A DNA stretch of 64,000 nucleotides from an uncultured Planctomycetaceae bacterium. Lineage in GTDB: Bacteria > Planctomycetota > Planctomycetia > Isosphaerales > Isosphaeraceae. The translations under genes were made by a program, and so were the position numbers. Location: assembly GCA_963833985.1 (NCBI GenBank), contig CAWIAD010000002.1, positions 2,592,001 to 2,656,000 of the forward strand, read 5' to 3'. Below the pieces are notes generated by a model. That model worked only from the letters and a program-made list of their open reading frames with translations. It ran no database searches and had not been told where the DNA came from. This document shows positions 39,732-49,650 of the stretch, piece after piece; within the stretch, counting starts at the first letter, position 1, and each line of letters opens with the position of its first letter.

Positions 39732-40259
39732 TTACGATCTGGCACCTCTTTCCAGGACCAGCAGGCGACGACGAGCTTCTTCAGGGCCGAGCATTGACGC
39801 GAGCATGAGGATGTCCCTCTGTTCCGGTGGGGGTAGAGCGTTTTTCTCCAGTTCATGCTCCTGGATGGTCAGTGACAGCCGGGCACCGACCGCAGCAGCG
39901 TATCGATACAGTGTGTCCAGAGTCGGGTTCGGGTTCTTACCATTTTCAAGTCGGCTCAGAGCCTCCGAGTTGAGGCCAGCGCGCCCGGCGGCCTGCCGAA
40001 GACTCAGACCCCTCTCTTCGCGGATCCGCTTCAACCGGCACACCAGTTCGGTGAGCTGGTCGAGTTGTGCCGGGACGCGGATATCGCCATCCTGAACATC
40101 GCCCCGCTCGATCTGTACGGCGAGCCCCGGATTGTCCCGGAACTCCTCCCGAATGGATTGCTCCTCGGCCTGAGCTTCCGGGGTCCGGCGTTTGGCCCGA
40201 AAATTTGCCAGCCTGGCGGCTTGTTCGGGGGTCATGTCAGACTCATTGATCTTTTTCAT
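39732..40259 (-). CDS. XRE-family HTH protein (putative antitoxin)
   Basis: LKRIREERGLSLRQAAGRAGLNSEALSRLENGKNPNPTLDTL; ATGA overlap with the upstream toxin-like gene. Confidence 0.85.
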   Translation of the reverse strand: MKKINESDMTPEQAARLANFRAKRRTPEAQAEEQSIREEFRDNPGLAVQIERGDVQDGDIRVPAQLDQLTELVCRLKRIREERGLSLRQAAGRAGLNSEALSRLENGKNPNPTLDTLYRYAAAVGARLSLTIQEHELEKNALPPPEQRDILMLASMLGPEEARRRLLVLERGARS

Positions 40260-40549
40260 GATCCTCGATCCTCGTCCGGGTAACAGGCCGTGACAGGGCG
40301 GATGATGAGGAAATCGCCGTCTTCCTCACGCACGTGAACGGCACCGATATAATGGCCGTCAGCGGTGTAGCCATAGGCAATCCATCGCGTCTCGCCAGAT
40401 GGATTCTTACGGCGGCTGACTTCGAGGCCGAAGCGGTTATGGATAACGTCCTCGAATTCTTCCCTGGTCACCCCAGAATCGAGCACGTGCCGGGTGTTCC
40501 CTCCTGGGTCAGCCTCGTCATCCCAATCAAAGATGATTGAAAAAGGCAA
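40256..40549 (-). CDS. BrnT-like putative ribonuclease toxin
   Basis: FDWDD..GNTRHV..GVTREEFEDV..RWIAYGYT.DG..IRPVTA pattern; 97 aa; sits upstream of the HTH gene. Confidence 0.65.
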   Translation of the reverse strand: MPFSIIFDWDDEADPGGNTRHVLDSGVTREEFEDVIHNRFGLEVSRRKNPSGETRWIAYGYTADGHYIGAVHVREEDGDFLIIRPVTACYPDEDRGS

Positions 40550-40627
40550 AAGGAAGGCCCACGAGCCACGGCTGAAGCCGAGCCATCCGGCCGTACAGCC
40601 GATTTAAAAGTTATGGAACCCGACTCA

Positions 40628-40655
40628 AATATAGCGGCCCTGGCTAAAAAGTCAA
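40628..40655 (-). promoter_or_regulatory. Putative sigma-70 promoter of the toxin-antitoxin operon
   Basis: Minus strand TTGACT-N16-TATATT. Confidence 0.55.
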
Positions 40656-40673
40656 ACCACGACGCCACGGCTT

Positions 40674-41937
40674 CAGGGCCAATCATAGTTAGGAGATGCC
40701 CAACTTGGTGAAGAGTTCGCCGACTCGGGCAGCGTTTCTCCTCATGGCCTCCGCGATATTGTTCGCTTGCCACGAGCGCAGCAAACCGATGGCCAGGTTT
40801 CGGAACGCTGCCATGACCTCTGGCCCAGAGTTCTTGCGGATGCGGCTGGCATCCTCTCCCAGGGTCACGTCGCGTACGTAGTGAGACTTGTTTTCGATCG
40901 TCCAATGGCCTCGTGACCATTGAAGAAGCCGCTCAGCGCCGGCGACTGCACGCGGCACGCTCGTGATGAAATAGCGAGTCTCCGTCGTGCACTTGCCGTC
41001 GCGTTTGACAACCGACTCGATCCGACCCACCTGGCTGACACCCGGCCAGTCGAGGTAAGTATTCAGCGCGGTCGTGGCCGTCAGCGTGCGGCGCTCATGG
41101 CGGCCGTGCCCTTTGTCGATCGTCGTCGCCGTGTCCATCGCCTCAAGCCAGAGCCGGCGCTGCCGAGGGGGAAAAAGACCCGTCAGCCTGCGGGGCCATC
41201 GCCGCTTGGATGTCGGCCAGGAGCGTCGGCTGATTGTCTTTGACAACCCAGAGATAATGGCCACCGCTGTCTATGATTTGTCGACTCAGGTCGCGCTGGC
41301 AGAACATGGCATCACCGGTGATCACGCGACCCTCCAGGACCAAGTCCAAGAGCAATTTGAGGGCGGCCTTATGCTCATTGGTCTTATCGACCCCGCCGCG
41401 CGGTACCTCGGCTTGGGCGACCGTCAGCCCTGACTCGTGCGCCACCAGCGAGAGTAGATGGACCGCCTTGCTCAGCCCATCGAAGCTGCCGCGTGCCGAC
41501 TTGCCATCAAGGGCAAAAGCTTCAGGGGAACCCGTCTCGGCCGCCGGTAGTCGGCCCAGCATGGCGTCGGCCCACCGAGTTAAGGCGGCCTCCAGCGCGG
41601 CTGGATCCAAGCTCATGAGCACCTTGCGGATCCCGCCGGACTTGGGAGGGCGCCGCGTGAAGCCAAGCCGGTGCATCAGCGCGATGTCATGGTCCTGGGC
41701 CCATTGGGCGATCGCCGCATAGCTGCGGGCTCCGCACATGATGGCGCAACAGGTCAACGCCAGGATCGCTCTAAGCGGATGCTGGCGGCCATGACGGCTG
41801 CGAGGGTCCGGAATCTCGCCGAGGAAATGAAGCAAGCCTAGGAGTGGGGACGCGTCCATGCCATGGCCCTCGTTGGTGTCATCCTGAGCAACGAAGACTT
41901 AACTATCTACTCCAGGCTAAATCTGTCAATAGCCCTG
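40674..41937 (-). mobile_element. ISAs1-family insertion sequence (1264 bp) with a 10-bp target-site duplication
   Basis: Ends CAGGGC.../...GCCCTG; GCCACGGCTT duplicated at 40664-40673 and 41938-41947. Confidence 0.92.
40689..41859 (-). CDS. ISAs1-family transposase split over two frames at TTTTTCCCCC (41176-41167)
   Basis: PDPRSRHGRQHPL, ALDGKSARGS, TGDAMFCQ, VKDNQPTL in the first frame; KGHGRHERR, RGHWTIENKSHYVRDVTLGED in the second. Confidence 0.92.
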
Positions 41938-42057
41938 GCCACGGCTTCAGTGATGGGTGCGAAAGCAAATTATCCCGCTTGTTTTCAGGACTCCCTCGTC
42001 CGACACAGCAGCGAATTCGGCCATGGCCGGAGGGGGAAGGCGGAGGGGGGAAGGGGG

Positions 42058-42223
42058 AAGGGGCCATCCACATTTCAGGGCGGCATCATTTCTGCCCGCA
42101 CAGGATTCAAGGTCGGAAGGTGGTCTGACGGTTCGGCTTGCTGTGCCGGGCCGGTTGATGCGGTGCGCGGGTCGGAGGGGAATGTGGATGGCCCTGGGAT
42201 TCCACTCCACGATTCCACTCCAC
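42058..42223. mobile_element. MITE/REPIN-like element, copy 2
   Basis: Perfect 14-bp inverted repeat GGGCCATCCACATT (42061-42074) / AATGTGGATGGCCC (42181-42194), followed by GATTCCACTCCAC x2. Confidence 0.75.
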
Positions 42224-42289
42224 TGGTCTTGAACTGCTGGATGCCAGGCGCGGCAGGCGGGCCGCTTCCCGCGCCTGGGGTCTACCGGC

Positions 42290-43657
42290 TCAGGCCGGCT
42301 CGACGTTGGGGAGCTCGTAGCCTTTGCGGTACTCGCGGCCGAGCAGGACGTTCGCCTCGGTGTCGGGAGATCCCTTCTGGTCCAGGATCGTCTCGCTGGC
42401 GGCGTCCCAGTAGATCTTCCGGCCAAGCTTGTAGGAGATGTTGCCCAGGTGGCAGACGGCCGTCGAGGTATGGCCGGTCTCGACGTCGCTGATGCACCGC
42501 TCGCGCGACTTGACGCACTTCAGGAAGTCTTGCACGTGCGGCCAGTTCTGGTCCGAACTGCCGCTCTTGATGGCCGCGGTGCGCTGGCGCTCGGGGATGA
42601 CCTGGAAACCCGAGCGATCCAGGTGCAGCGTGGCGTCGGTGCCGTGGAACTGCATGCCGTGGCCGGGATCGCCGCCGATGCCGTGGTTATTCCCCTTGCG
42701 CATCTCGTAGACGTGCACGAACGGGCCGTGCGGGCCGTCGAACTCATAAGTGACCAGCAGGGTGTCGGGCGTGTCGCGGATGTCGTCGAGCGTGAACTTA
42801 CCGCCCGCGGCGTGGACGGACTTCGGCGCGGTCACGCCCATCGCCCAGTGGATGATGTCCTGAAGATGCACGTTCCAGTCGCCGATCATGCCGGCGGCGT
42901 AGTCGAAGAACCAGCGGAACGTGCCGTGGAACCGCACGCGGTTGAACGGGCGCACGGGGGCGGGGCCCAGCCAGCGGTCGTAGTCGACGCCCTCGGGGGC
43001 CGCGTCGGCATCCATGGGCTTGCCGCAGCCGTAGGGAGCCTCGTTGCTGAAGTTCCAGGTGCGGGTCAGGCTCACCCGGCCCAGCTTCCCGTCCTGAACG
43101 AGCTTCACGGCCTTCTGAAAGTGCTCGCCGGAGCGCTGCTGGGTGCCGATCTGGCTGACGCGCTTGTCGCGCCTGGCCGCGTTCACCATGGCCCGGCCCT
43201 CCCGGATGTTGTGGCAGATGGGCTTCTCGCAGTACACGTCCTTGCCGGCCATGCAGGCATAGACGAAGGGGATGGCATGCCAGTGATCGGGCGTGCCGAT
43301 GATCACCGCGTCCACATCCTTGCGATCGAGGATCGCGTGGAAGTCGCCGGTGGTCATGGGCTTCTTGCCGTACTTCTTCTCCACGCGCTCCGCCGTGCGG
43401 TTGAGGTGCCGTTCGTCGACGTCGCAGAGGGCCGCCACCGAGACTTCCGGCGCGCGCATGAAGACGCTCAGGTCATAGCTTCCCTGGCCCCCGCAGCCGA
43501 TGAGTGCCACGCGGAGGGTCTCGCTGGGCGCGGCACTTTCGCCGCGGGCCGTGCGGACTGCGGGATGCAGCGCCGACCAGGCGGCAACGCCGGCCGATGA
43601 CGCGGCCAGGCGGCCGGAACCCTCGATGAAGGTACGCCGATTCACGGTGTGGCTCAT
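42290..43657 (-). CDS. Gfo/Idh/MocA family oxidoreductase (Tat signal)
   Basis: NRRTFI, ALIGCGGQG, TPDHWH, DVYCEKP, QIGTQQRS, WLGPAP. Confidence 0.93.
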   Translation of the reverse strand: MSHTVNRRTFIEGSGRLAASSAGVAAWSALHPAVRTARGESAAPSETLRVALIGCGGQGSYDLSVFMRAPEVSVAALCDVDERHLNRTAERVEKKYGKKPMTTGDFHAILDRKDVDAVIIGTPDHWHAIPFVYACMAGKDVYCEKPICHNIREGRAMVNAARRDKRVSQIGTQQRSGEHFQKAVKLVQDGKLGRVSLTRTWNFSNEAPYGCGKPMDADAAPEGVDYDRWLGPAPVRPFNRVRFHGTFRWFFDYAAGMIGDWNVHLQDIIHWAMGVTAPKSVHAAGGKFTLDDIRDTPDTLLVTYEFDGPHGPFVHVYEMRKGNNHGIGGDPGHGMQFHGTDATLHLDRSGFQVIPERQRTAAIKSGSSDQNWPHVQDFLKCVKSRERCISDVETGHTSTAVCHLGNISYKLGRKIYWDAASETILDQKGSPDTEANVLLGREYRKGYELPNVEPA

Positions 43658-43800
43658 GGGTGGCTCCTCGAGGCGTGGGTCGAAGGGGGCGGCAACGGCA
43701 GGAAACCGCCGCGCGCTCTTCAGGTGGTTCTAATGGCGGCTGGAGCGGCAAGCAAGAGCGAAGCGGTTCGCCGGCCTCGATTGCTAAGGACAATTCGAGG

Positions 43801-44595
43801 TCAGATCACCAGCCGTGCGGACTCGCGGTCGAGATAGAGGGTGGCTCCGGGATGTCGCCGCAGTGCGGTGGCGGGGCAGGCCTCGCTGATCGGGCCCTTC
43901 AGCGTGGTCAGGACCGCGCTGGCCTTGCGCGCACCGGGGACGACCACCGAGACCCTGGGCGCTGAGAGGAGGGCCGGGACGGTCAGAGTGTAGGCGTGCG
44001 TGGGCACGTCCTCGATACGCCCGAAGCAGCCGTCGTGCACCTGCTGGGCGCGACAGGCCTGGTCCAACCGCACGACCTTGACCTGCACGGGGTCCAGGAA
44101 ATCAGCCACGGGGGGGTCGTTGAAGGCAAGATGGCCGTTCTCGCCGATCCCCGCACAGACGAGGTCCGGCGGTTCGGCCATGAGCCTCTGCTCGTACTCG
44201 AGGCAGATGCGGAGCGGCCGATCGGAATGCTCGGCCGGGATCAGCCGCAGCCGGCCGGAATCCAGGCCCACCAGGCCGAAGAGATGTTCGGCCAGGTAGC
44301 GGCGGAATGCCGCGGGGTGGTCGGCTGTCAGCCCGAGGTACTCATCCATGTGAAAGGCGACGACGCGGGCCCAGTCGATTTCCTTGCTGGCCACCAGCCC
44401 GGCCAGGAACTCGTTCTGGCTCGGGGCGGCCGCGAAGATGACGCGGGCGAGACCGCCCGTTTGCTGGCACTCGCGAAGCGTCCGCGCAACGGCCAGTGCC
44501 GCGGCCCGTCCGGCCAGTGCCCGGTCGTCGTACACTAGGACCTGAAGCGAATCGACGGAAAAGCGCGCCGCCAGGCCGGAATCCGCAAGGCTCAT
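43801..44595 (-). CDS. Glucosamine-6-phosphate deaminase-like (NagB/6PGL family) protein
   Basis: FAAAPSQNEFL, FHMDEY, GIGENGHLAFNDPP, CPATALRRH. Confidence 0.88.
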   Translation of the reverse strand: MSLADSGLAARFSVDSLQVLVYDDRALAGRAAALAVARTLRECQQTGGLARVIFAAAPSQNEFLAGLVASKEIDWARVVAFHMDEYLGLTADHPAAFRRYLAEHLFGLVGLDSGRLRLIPAEHSDRPLRICLEYEQRLMAEPPDLVCAGIGENGHLAFNDPPVADFLDPVQVKVVRLDQACRAQQVHDGCFGRIEDVPTHAYTLTVPALLSAPRVSVVVPGARKASAVLTTLKGPISEACPATALRRHPGATLYLDRESARLVI

Positions 44596-44742
44596 GGGCA
44601 GACCCTCGCACGTCCCGCAACGCCAGCGCACGCGGCGTGGGGGCCGCTCGCGGTGCTCCGGGGATGCGAGCAAGTTATCCGAACCGGGCGAGGTTCGCCA
44701 CCGGGACGGCCGGAGAACTGGCACACGCTCGGGATGTTTCGC

Positions 44743-44970
44743 TCAGGAGAGAGCAAGATCGGTGGCGTGAGCAACCGATCCCTTGGTTGCGGACCGATCG
44801 GACCGCAGGGCCTGGCAGAGGCGCTGGCATTCGAGCAGATCGCCGATCATTGCCTCGGTCAGGAACGATTGGGTGCTGCCGTCGCCAGCCCACTGTAGCT
44901 GGTCATGGCACCGGGACATGTGGTCGATGAGGTCTTTCATCCACAATAACGTCCGCCGCCGATTGCTCAT
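44743..44970 (-). CDS. Small hypothetical protein
   Basis: 75-aa helical ORF with AAGGA upstream of the ATG. Confidence 0.6.
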   Translation of the reverse strand: MSNRRRTLLWMKDLIDHMSRCHDQLQWAGDGSTQSFLTEAMIGDLLECQRLCQALRSDRSATKGSVAHATDLALS

Positions 44971-45240
44971 GGAAGTGATCCTTCACTGATTTCCAGAAAA
45001 CGCTGGGCCGGGGTTTCACTCACCCGGCGAACGCGTTGGTCACGTCGCGATGTCGCCGCCATGGCTCACCGAAGAGCCGACGAACAAGGAAAAAGCAAAG
45101 GCCGTGCCAGAGCGGAAAGCCGGCCGGCCGCGATGCTCAAAACACGGCCCCGTCCAAACTTGAGAAAAAATCGGCGGATTTCCCCATACCTCGTCCGGAC
45201 CGCCCTCGGGTTGTAAGGATTACAGGCCCAGAGCCGAAGG

Positions 45241-46299
45241 ATGCACGCCGTGAGCTTGCGGAACGAGCCGTTCTGGAGTCTGCCGGGAACCGCGACCACC
45301 GCCTTTCCATTGCCCGGGGCAGGCTCTAGACTGGGGGTAGACGATCCTGCAAGCGGAGGGAACTGGCCGATGCCCACGTGGGAGCGACTCGCGAGCACAG
45401 CACCCGCATCGCAGCAGCGCAGCCTGGCCATGGTGCGTGAGTGGCCCAGGTCCGTGGTGCGCTGGCTGCTCGGGCCCGGCGAGGAGGTGAGCGAGTCGCC
45501 GGACAGCGTGCGCAGCGTGGCGCGGTTCCAGAACATCTGCCTGAGCCGGGAAGCCGGGGCAGGGGGCGGGACGATTGCCCGCATGGTGGGCCAGCGCCTG
45601 GGCTGGAAGGTTTACGACCATGAATTGCTGGAAGCGATCGCTCACCGCATGGGGCTGCCCGTCGATGAGGTACGCACTTTCGACGAGCTGGCACCGAGCG
45701 TGGTGCAGGACTGGCTGCTGCCGCTCCGGGAAGAGCATTATGCTCCCCAGGAGGCGTACCTTGACCATCTTGCCAAGCTGATCGAGGCGATCGGACGGGC
45801 CGGCGAGTCGGTCCTGGTAGGGCGCGGCGCCGGGTTCTTGCTGCCCCGTGAGACGACGCTCTCGCTGCGGGTGATTGCACCCTTACGGATCCGCTCGGTG
45901 CGGCTGGCCGAGCGCATGGGGGTGTCCGTGCGCACGGCGCGGCGGGCCGCCCGGGACCTGGACCGACGGCGCGCCCAGTTCGACCGGACCATGCACCGCA
46001 TGGCCTCCGCGGACCCCCATAACTACGACCTGGTGCTCGATTCGCAGAGCCTGGGCCTGGACATTGCCGTCGAGATGATCGTGAAAGCCGTGGAAGCCGG
46101 CCGGCCTGGTACGCTTTCGTCCGCCGGCGGATCACGATGGGTCTTCACTCCGGGGAATCCCGGCGCGTCCCTGCCCGAGCCCGGGGCTGCTCCCGCCGGC
46201 GAGACGCCGCGATTCTCCATCCTGCCCGCATCCCCGCCCAAACTGGAAGCCCCCCCGAGAGAGAACGAGGCCGGTCCGATCGAGCCCTCCGGAGACTGA
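45241..46299 (+). CDS. Cytidylate kinase-like family protein
   Basis: ICLSREAGAGGGTIA, YDHELL, VLVGRGA, DPHNYDLVLDS. Start uncertain. Confidence 0.85.
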   Translation: MHAVSLRNEPFWSLPGTATTAFPLPGAGSRLGVDDPASGGNWPMPTWERLASTAPASQQRSLAMVREWPRSVVRWLLGPGEEVSESPDSVRSVARFQNICLSREAGAGGGTIARMVGQRLGWKVYDHELLEAIAHRMGLPVDEVRTFDELAPSVVQDWLLPLREEHYAPQEAYLDHLAKLIEAIGRAGESVLVGRGAGFLLPRETTLSLRVIAPLRIRSVRLAERMGVSVRTARRAARDLDRRRAQFDRTMHRMASADPHNYDLVLDSQSLGLDIAVEMIVKAVEAGRPGTLSSAGGSRWVFTPGNPGASLPEPGAAPAGETPRFSILPASPPKLEAPPRENEAGPIEPSGD

Positions 46300-46449
46300 G
46301 GCTGCTCTGCTCCGGAGCCCCGGCCAGGCCGGTGACCTACCCTGAGGAAGCATTCTTGCGGCTGCCACGACGCAGCCTTCTTGCCGTTGCACCGGGCAAG
46401 CCCATGACGGCTTGCGGCGACCCTGAACCTCCATCGCAGGAGCACACTC

Positions 46450-47796
46450 ATGCACGACTCCGTCCGGACTGAGCAGTCCTCGAGACGGCATTTCCTGTCG
46501 GCTTCCGCCACGGCGGTGGCCGCCGGCGCGGCACTGGAACGGGCCATCGCCGCCCGTGCCCACGCGGGCGAGGAGCACACGATCTCCATTGCGTTGGTGG
46601 GCTGCGGCGGGCGCGGCACCGGCGCGGCGACGCAGGCGCTGAGCACCAGCGGTCCGACCCGGCTGGCGGCCATGGCCGACGTCTTCGAGGATCGTCTCAA
46701 GGGGAGCCTGGGCGAGCTGACCCAGCAGCACTCGCACCAGCTCGACGTACCGCCGGATCGGCAGTTCCTGGGTATGGACGCCTATCGCAAGGCGATCGAC
46801 TGCGTGGCCCCCGGCGGCGTGGTGCTGCTGGCCACGCCGCCGGCGTTCCGGCCCATGCACGTGGAGTACGCGATCTCGCGGGGCTGCCATGTCTTCATGG
46901 AGAAGTCATTTGGCGTGGACGCCCCGGGCGTCCGGCGCATCCTTCAGGCGGGCGAGGCGGCGCGCAAGCAAAACCTGAAGATCGCCGGCGGGCTCATGAG
47001 CCGGCACTACCGGCCGCTCGAGCAGGCCGTGGAGCAGATTCACAAGGGAGCCATCGGCGAAGTCATCACCTGCTACGCGTACCGGATGCACTCGCCGGTC
47101 GGCCTGGGCCCGAAAGCTCCCGGCGAGAGCGAGCTGGCCCACCAGATTCGCAACTACTCCAACTTCACCTGGCTCAACGGCAGCTTCCTGCTGGACTGGT
47201 TGATCCACAACCTCGATATCTGTTGCTGGGTGAAGGGCGCCTGGCCGGTTTCGTGCCAGGGCCAGGGCGGGCGCCAGGTGAGGTCGCTGCCCGACCAGAT
47301 GTTCGACCACTACCTGGTGGAGTACACGTTCCCCGACGGCACGCGGCTGATGGCGGAGGGCCGCCACATGGACCAGTGCTGGGGCTTCTTCGGCGACGTG
47401 ATCCACGGCTCGAAGGGCTGTGCGGTGCTCGGTGAAGGGATCACCGATCCGCGCCTCTATCGCGGGCATCAGCCGGTTCCCAGGAACCTGATCTGGAAGT
47501 ACCAGGGCACGCCGAGCCACCACTACCAGGTGGAGCACGACTTGCTGTTCGAGGCGATCCGCCAGGACAGGCCGTACAACGAGGCCGAGCGCTGCGGGTA
47601 CGCGGCCCTGGTGGGCATCATGGGCCGCATGGCGGCCGAGTCCGGCAAGATGATCACCTGGGACGAGGCCCTGAATTCCACCAGGCAGCTCGCTCCGGGC
47701 CTGGACAACCTGACGATGCAGTCCCCCGCGCCGGTGCAGTCGGACGCCTCCGGCCGTTACCCGATTGCCATGCCGGGGTTCACGGACGTCGTCTGA
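46450..47796 (+). CDS. Gfo/Idh/MocA family oxidoreductase (Tat signal)
   Basis: SRRHFL, LVGCGGRGTGA, ATPPAFRP, FMEKS, IHNLD. Confidence 0.92.
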   Translation: MHDSVRTEQSSRRHFLSASATAVAAGAALERAIAARAHAGEEHTISIALVGCGGRGTGAATQALSTSGPTRLAAMADVFEDRLKGSLGELTQQHSHQLDVPPDRQFLGMDAYRKAIDCVAPGGVVLLATPPAFRPMHVEYAISRGCHVFMEKSFGVDAPGVRRILQAGEAARKQNLKIAGGLMSRHYRPLEQAVEQIHKGAIGEVITCYAYRMHSPVGLGPKAPGESELAHQIRNYSNFTWLNGSFLLDWLIHNLDICCWVKGAWPVSCQGQGGRQVRSLPDQMFDHYLVEYTFPDGTRLMAEGRHMDQCWGFFGDVIHGSKGCAVLGEGITDPRLYRGHQPVPRNLIWKYQGTPSHHYQVEHDLLFEAIRQDRPYNEAERCGYAALVGIMGRMAAESGKMITWDEALNSTRQLAPGLDNLTMQSPAPVQSDASGRYPIAMPGFTDVV

Positions 47797-47900
47797 CGGG
47801 CCGGGCTCGACGGTCCCGGGCCTCGAGTCGTGGTGCTCGAGCGTTCCCGTGGCCATCGAGCCCCTGGTCATACGTTTGTCCCTCGTTCCCACGCTCCGCG

Positions 47901-49483
47901 CTTGTCATTCCCGGAAAACTGCATCCATGCATATGAAATTAGTAGTGTACATGTGCATTGATTCTCGCGCGCTCAAGCTTTGCTCCCCTTACCAGCAGCC
48001 GGAGCACCTTCATGCCGCGCCAGAGCGTGATTCAGCCGGGCATCCCGTCTCGTCGCCGGTTCATATGCCCACCGAGCCGCCCCAGGGCAAGCAACACGTC
48101 TGCCACGGTCTTGAGTTCACGCTCGACCGCCAGACCGAGCACCTCCAGCTCGGGCTCCTCCAGGCCAGTGCTTGCCGCGGGAGCTCCCGGGAAGCCCTTG
48201 CCGAGGCTCGCGCAGATCCAGCAGCCGAAGCGCCACCACGCTCATCACGGCGATCGCAGCGAACAATCGGTTGCCCCGCTCCAGCTGCAAATCCTCAGCC
48301 TTCATGCCCGTCTTGAGGCCCTTGTGAAACTCCTCGATCAGAAAGCGTGTGCCGTAGTCCATCACCACCATGATCGCAGCGCTGAAGCTCTCCGTCGGGC
48401 TGTCCGTGTAGAGCACCCATTCCAGCGGCGCGACGCCTTCAGGCGGGTCTTGCTCCCAGACCCGCACGAACCAGCCGTCGATCGGCTCGCCCGTGCCGGC
48501 CGCGCGGCCCGCACGCTCGGGTGCCCGCACGCGCACCGGACCACAACTGATCAGGAGCTTCGCGCGCTGCGCGGCCTTACCATCGCGGCCACGCAGGTCC
48601 AGATACATTCCCCCCACGGACGCCACGCCCACGATGTGCTCGAAGACCAGCCCGAGCCGCTTACCATCGGCCGGATTGAGCAGAATGCGATTTTGACTGA
48701 CCCGGATCACGAAACCGTGGCCTGCTGCGCGACAGGACTCCATGTACTCATGAATATCTGCTTCTCGATCGGCGACGCGCACCCAGCGGACCTCCGGGTT
48801 CTCTGGTGCCGGGCCAATCCGCTTGCCCGACTCGAGCCAGCGATCCGACTCCCGATCCCGGATCTGCCGTTGCCGCGATCCGGCCTGTTTCGGCGTGTCG
48901 GGATCCCGCGGGATGCGGATGAGGTATTGCTGGTCGGCGAGCCCCAGGATCGTGACCGGGGGCCGACGACCGCTCGCATCAGGTACGGGCGACGAGTCGG
49001 CACGCATCGCAAGGATGGAGTGGAGGAGAAAGCCCTGCTGTCCCGGCTCCGAGTCACCAATCGGCCCAAGCCCGGGTATTGGCTGCTTGCGATGAGAGAA
49101 CGAGGGAAACGTGGTGTCTTCGATGAGGAGATATCGCCCCGGTTTGCGGAGTTCGGCCATCACCAGTCGGCGGTGAGTCGCCTGGATCGCATCGGGGACC
49201 ACCTCGCGTTCGTCGAGGAGGTCATAGGTCGCGTTGATGTCGTACTTGCGGGTGAACAACTCGGGGATCATCTTCCCGGGTTGCTCAGCGAGGGCCTCCG
49301 CAAACGCCATGAGGCGATTCCTCCTGGTGCAATGGCCGAGCCTGATCCCGTCGAACTGCATCCGAGCCCATTGGGCGGGCGGGGATTGGTGGACTGACAT
49401 CCCTGTGAACATAGTTGGCTCCATCCATGACCATGCTGGTAGAATCCAGCCAACCATGTTAACAAATTCTCGGGAATGACAAG
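47901..49483 (-). mobile_element. IS4-family insertion sequence (1583 bp) inserted into a REP palindrome
   Basis: Perfect 13-bp TIR CTTGTCATTCCCG / CGGGAATGACAAG; 9-bp target duplication CGCTCCGCG (47892-47900) / CGCTCTGCG (49484-49492). Confidence 0.92.
47939..49412 (-). CDS. IS4-family (IS50/Tn5-like) transposase; frameshift near 48205
   Basis: IEDTT, VADREADIHE, YGTRFLIEEFHKGLKTG (YREK). C-terminus LGGHMNRRRDGMPGWITLWRG...HY* is in the shifted frame. Start uncertain (49400-49457). Confidence 0.9.
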
Positions 49484-49574
49484 CGCTCTGCGCGGGAACA
49501 AATCTGTGGCAAACCTGTTACAGCTTCCAGGGCGGTTTCTGAGGGATTGCAGGCGGTTTCTGAGATTCTGGAAA

Positions 49575-49602
49575 GGGGGGCAGACAGGAATGCCTGCCCC
49601 CC
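49575..49602. repeat. Palindromic REP-like hairpin
   Basis: GGGGGGCAGACAGGAATGCCTGCCCCCC lies between convergent genes and could also act as a terminator. Confidence 0.55.
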
Positions 49603-49650
49603 GGTCTCAGTCTGCGATCCGAGTGAAAACCGCTCTAGTTATCCCTATAT

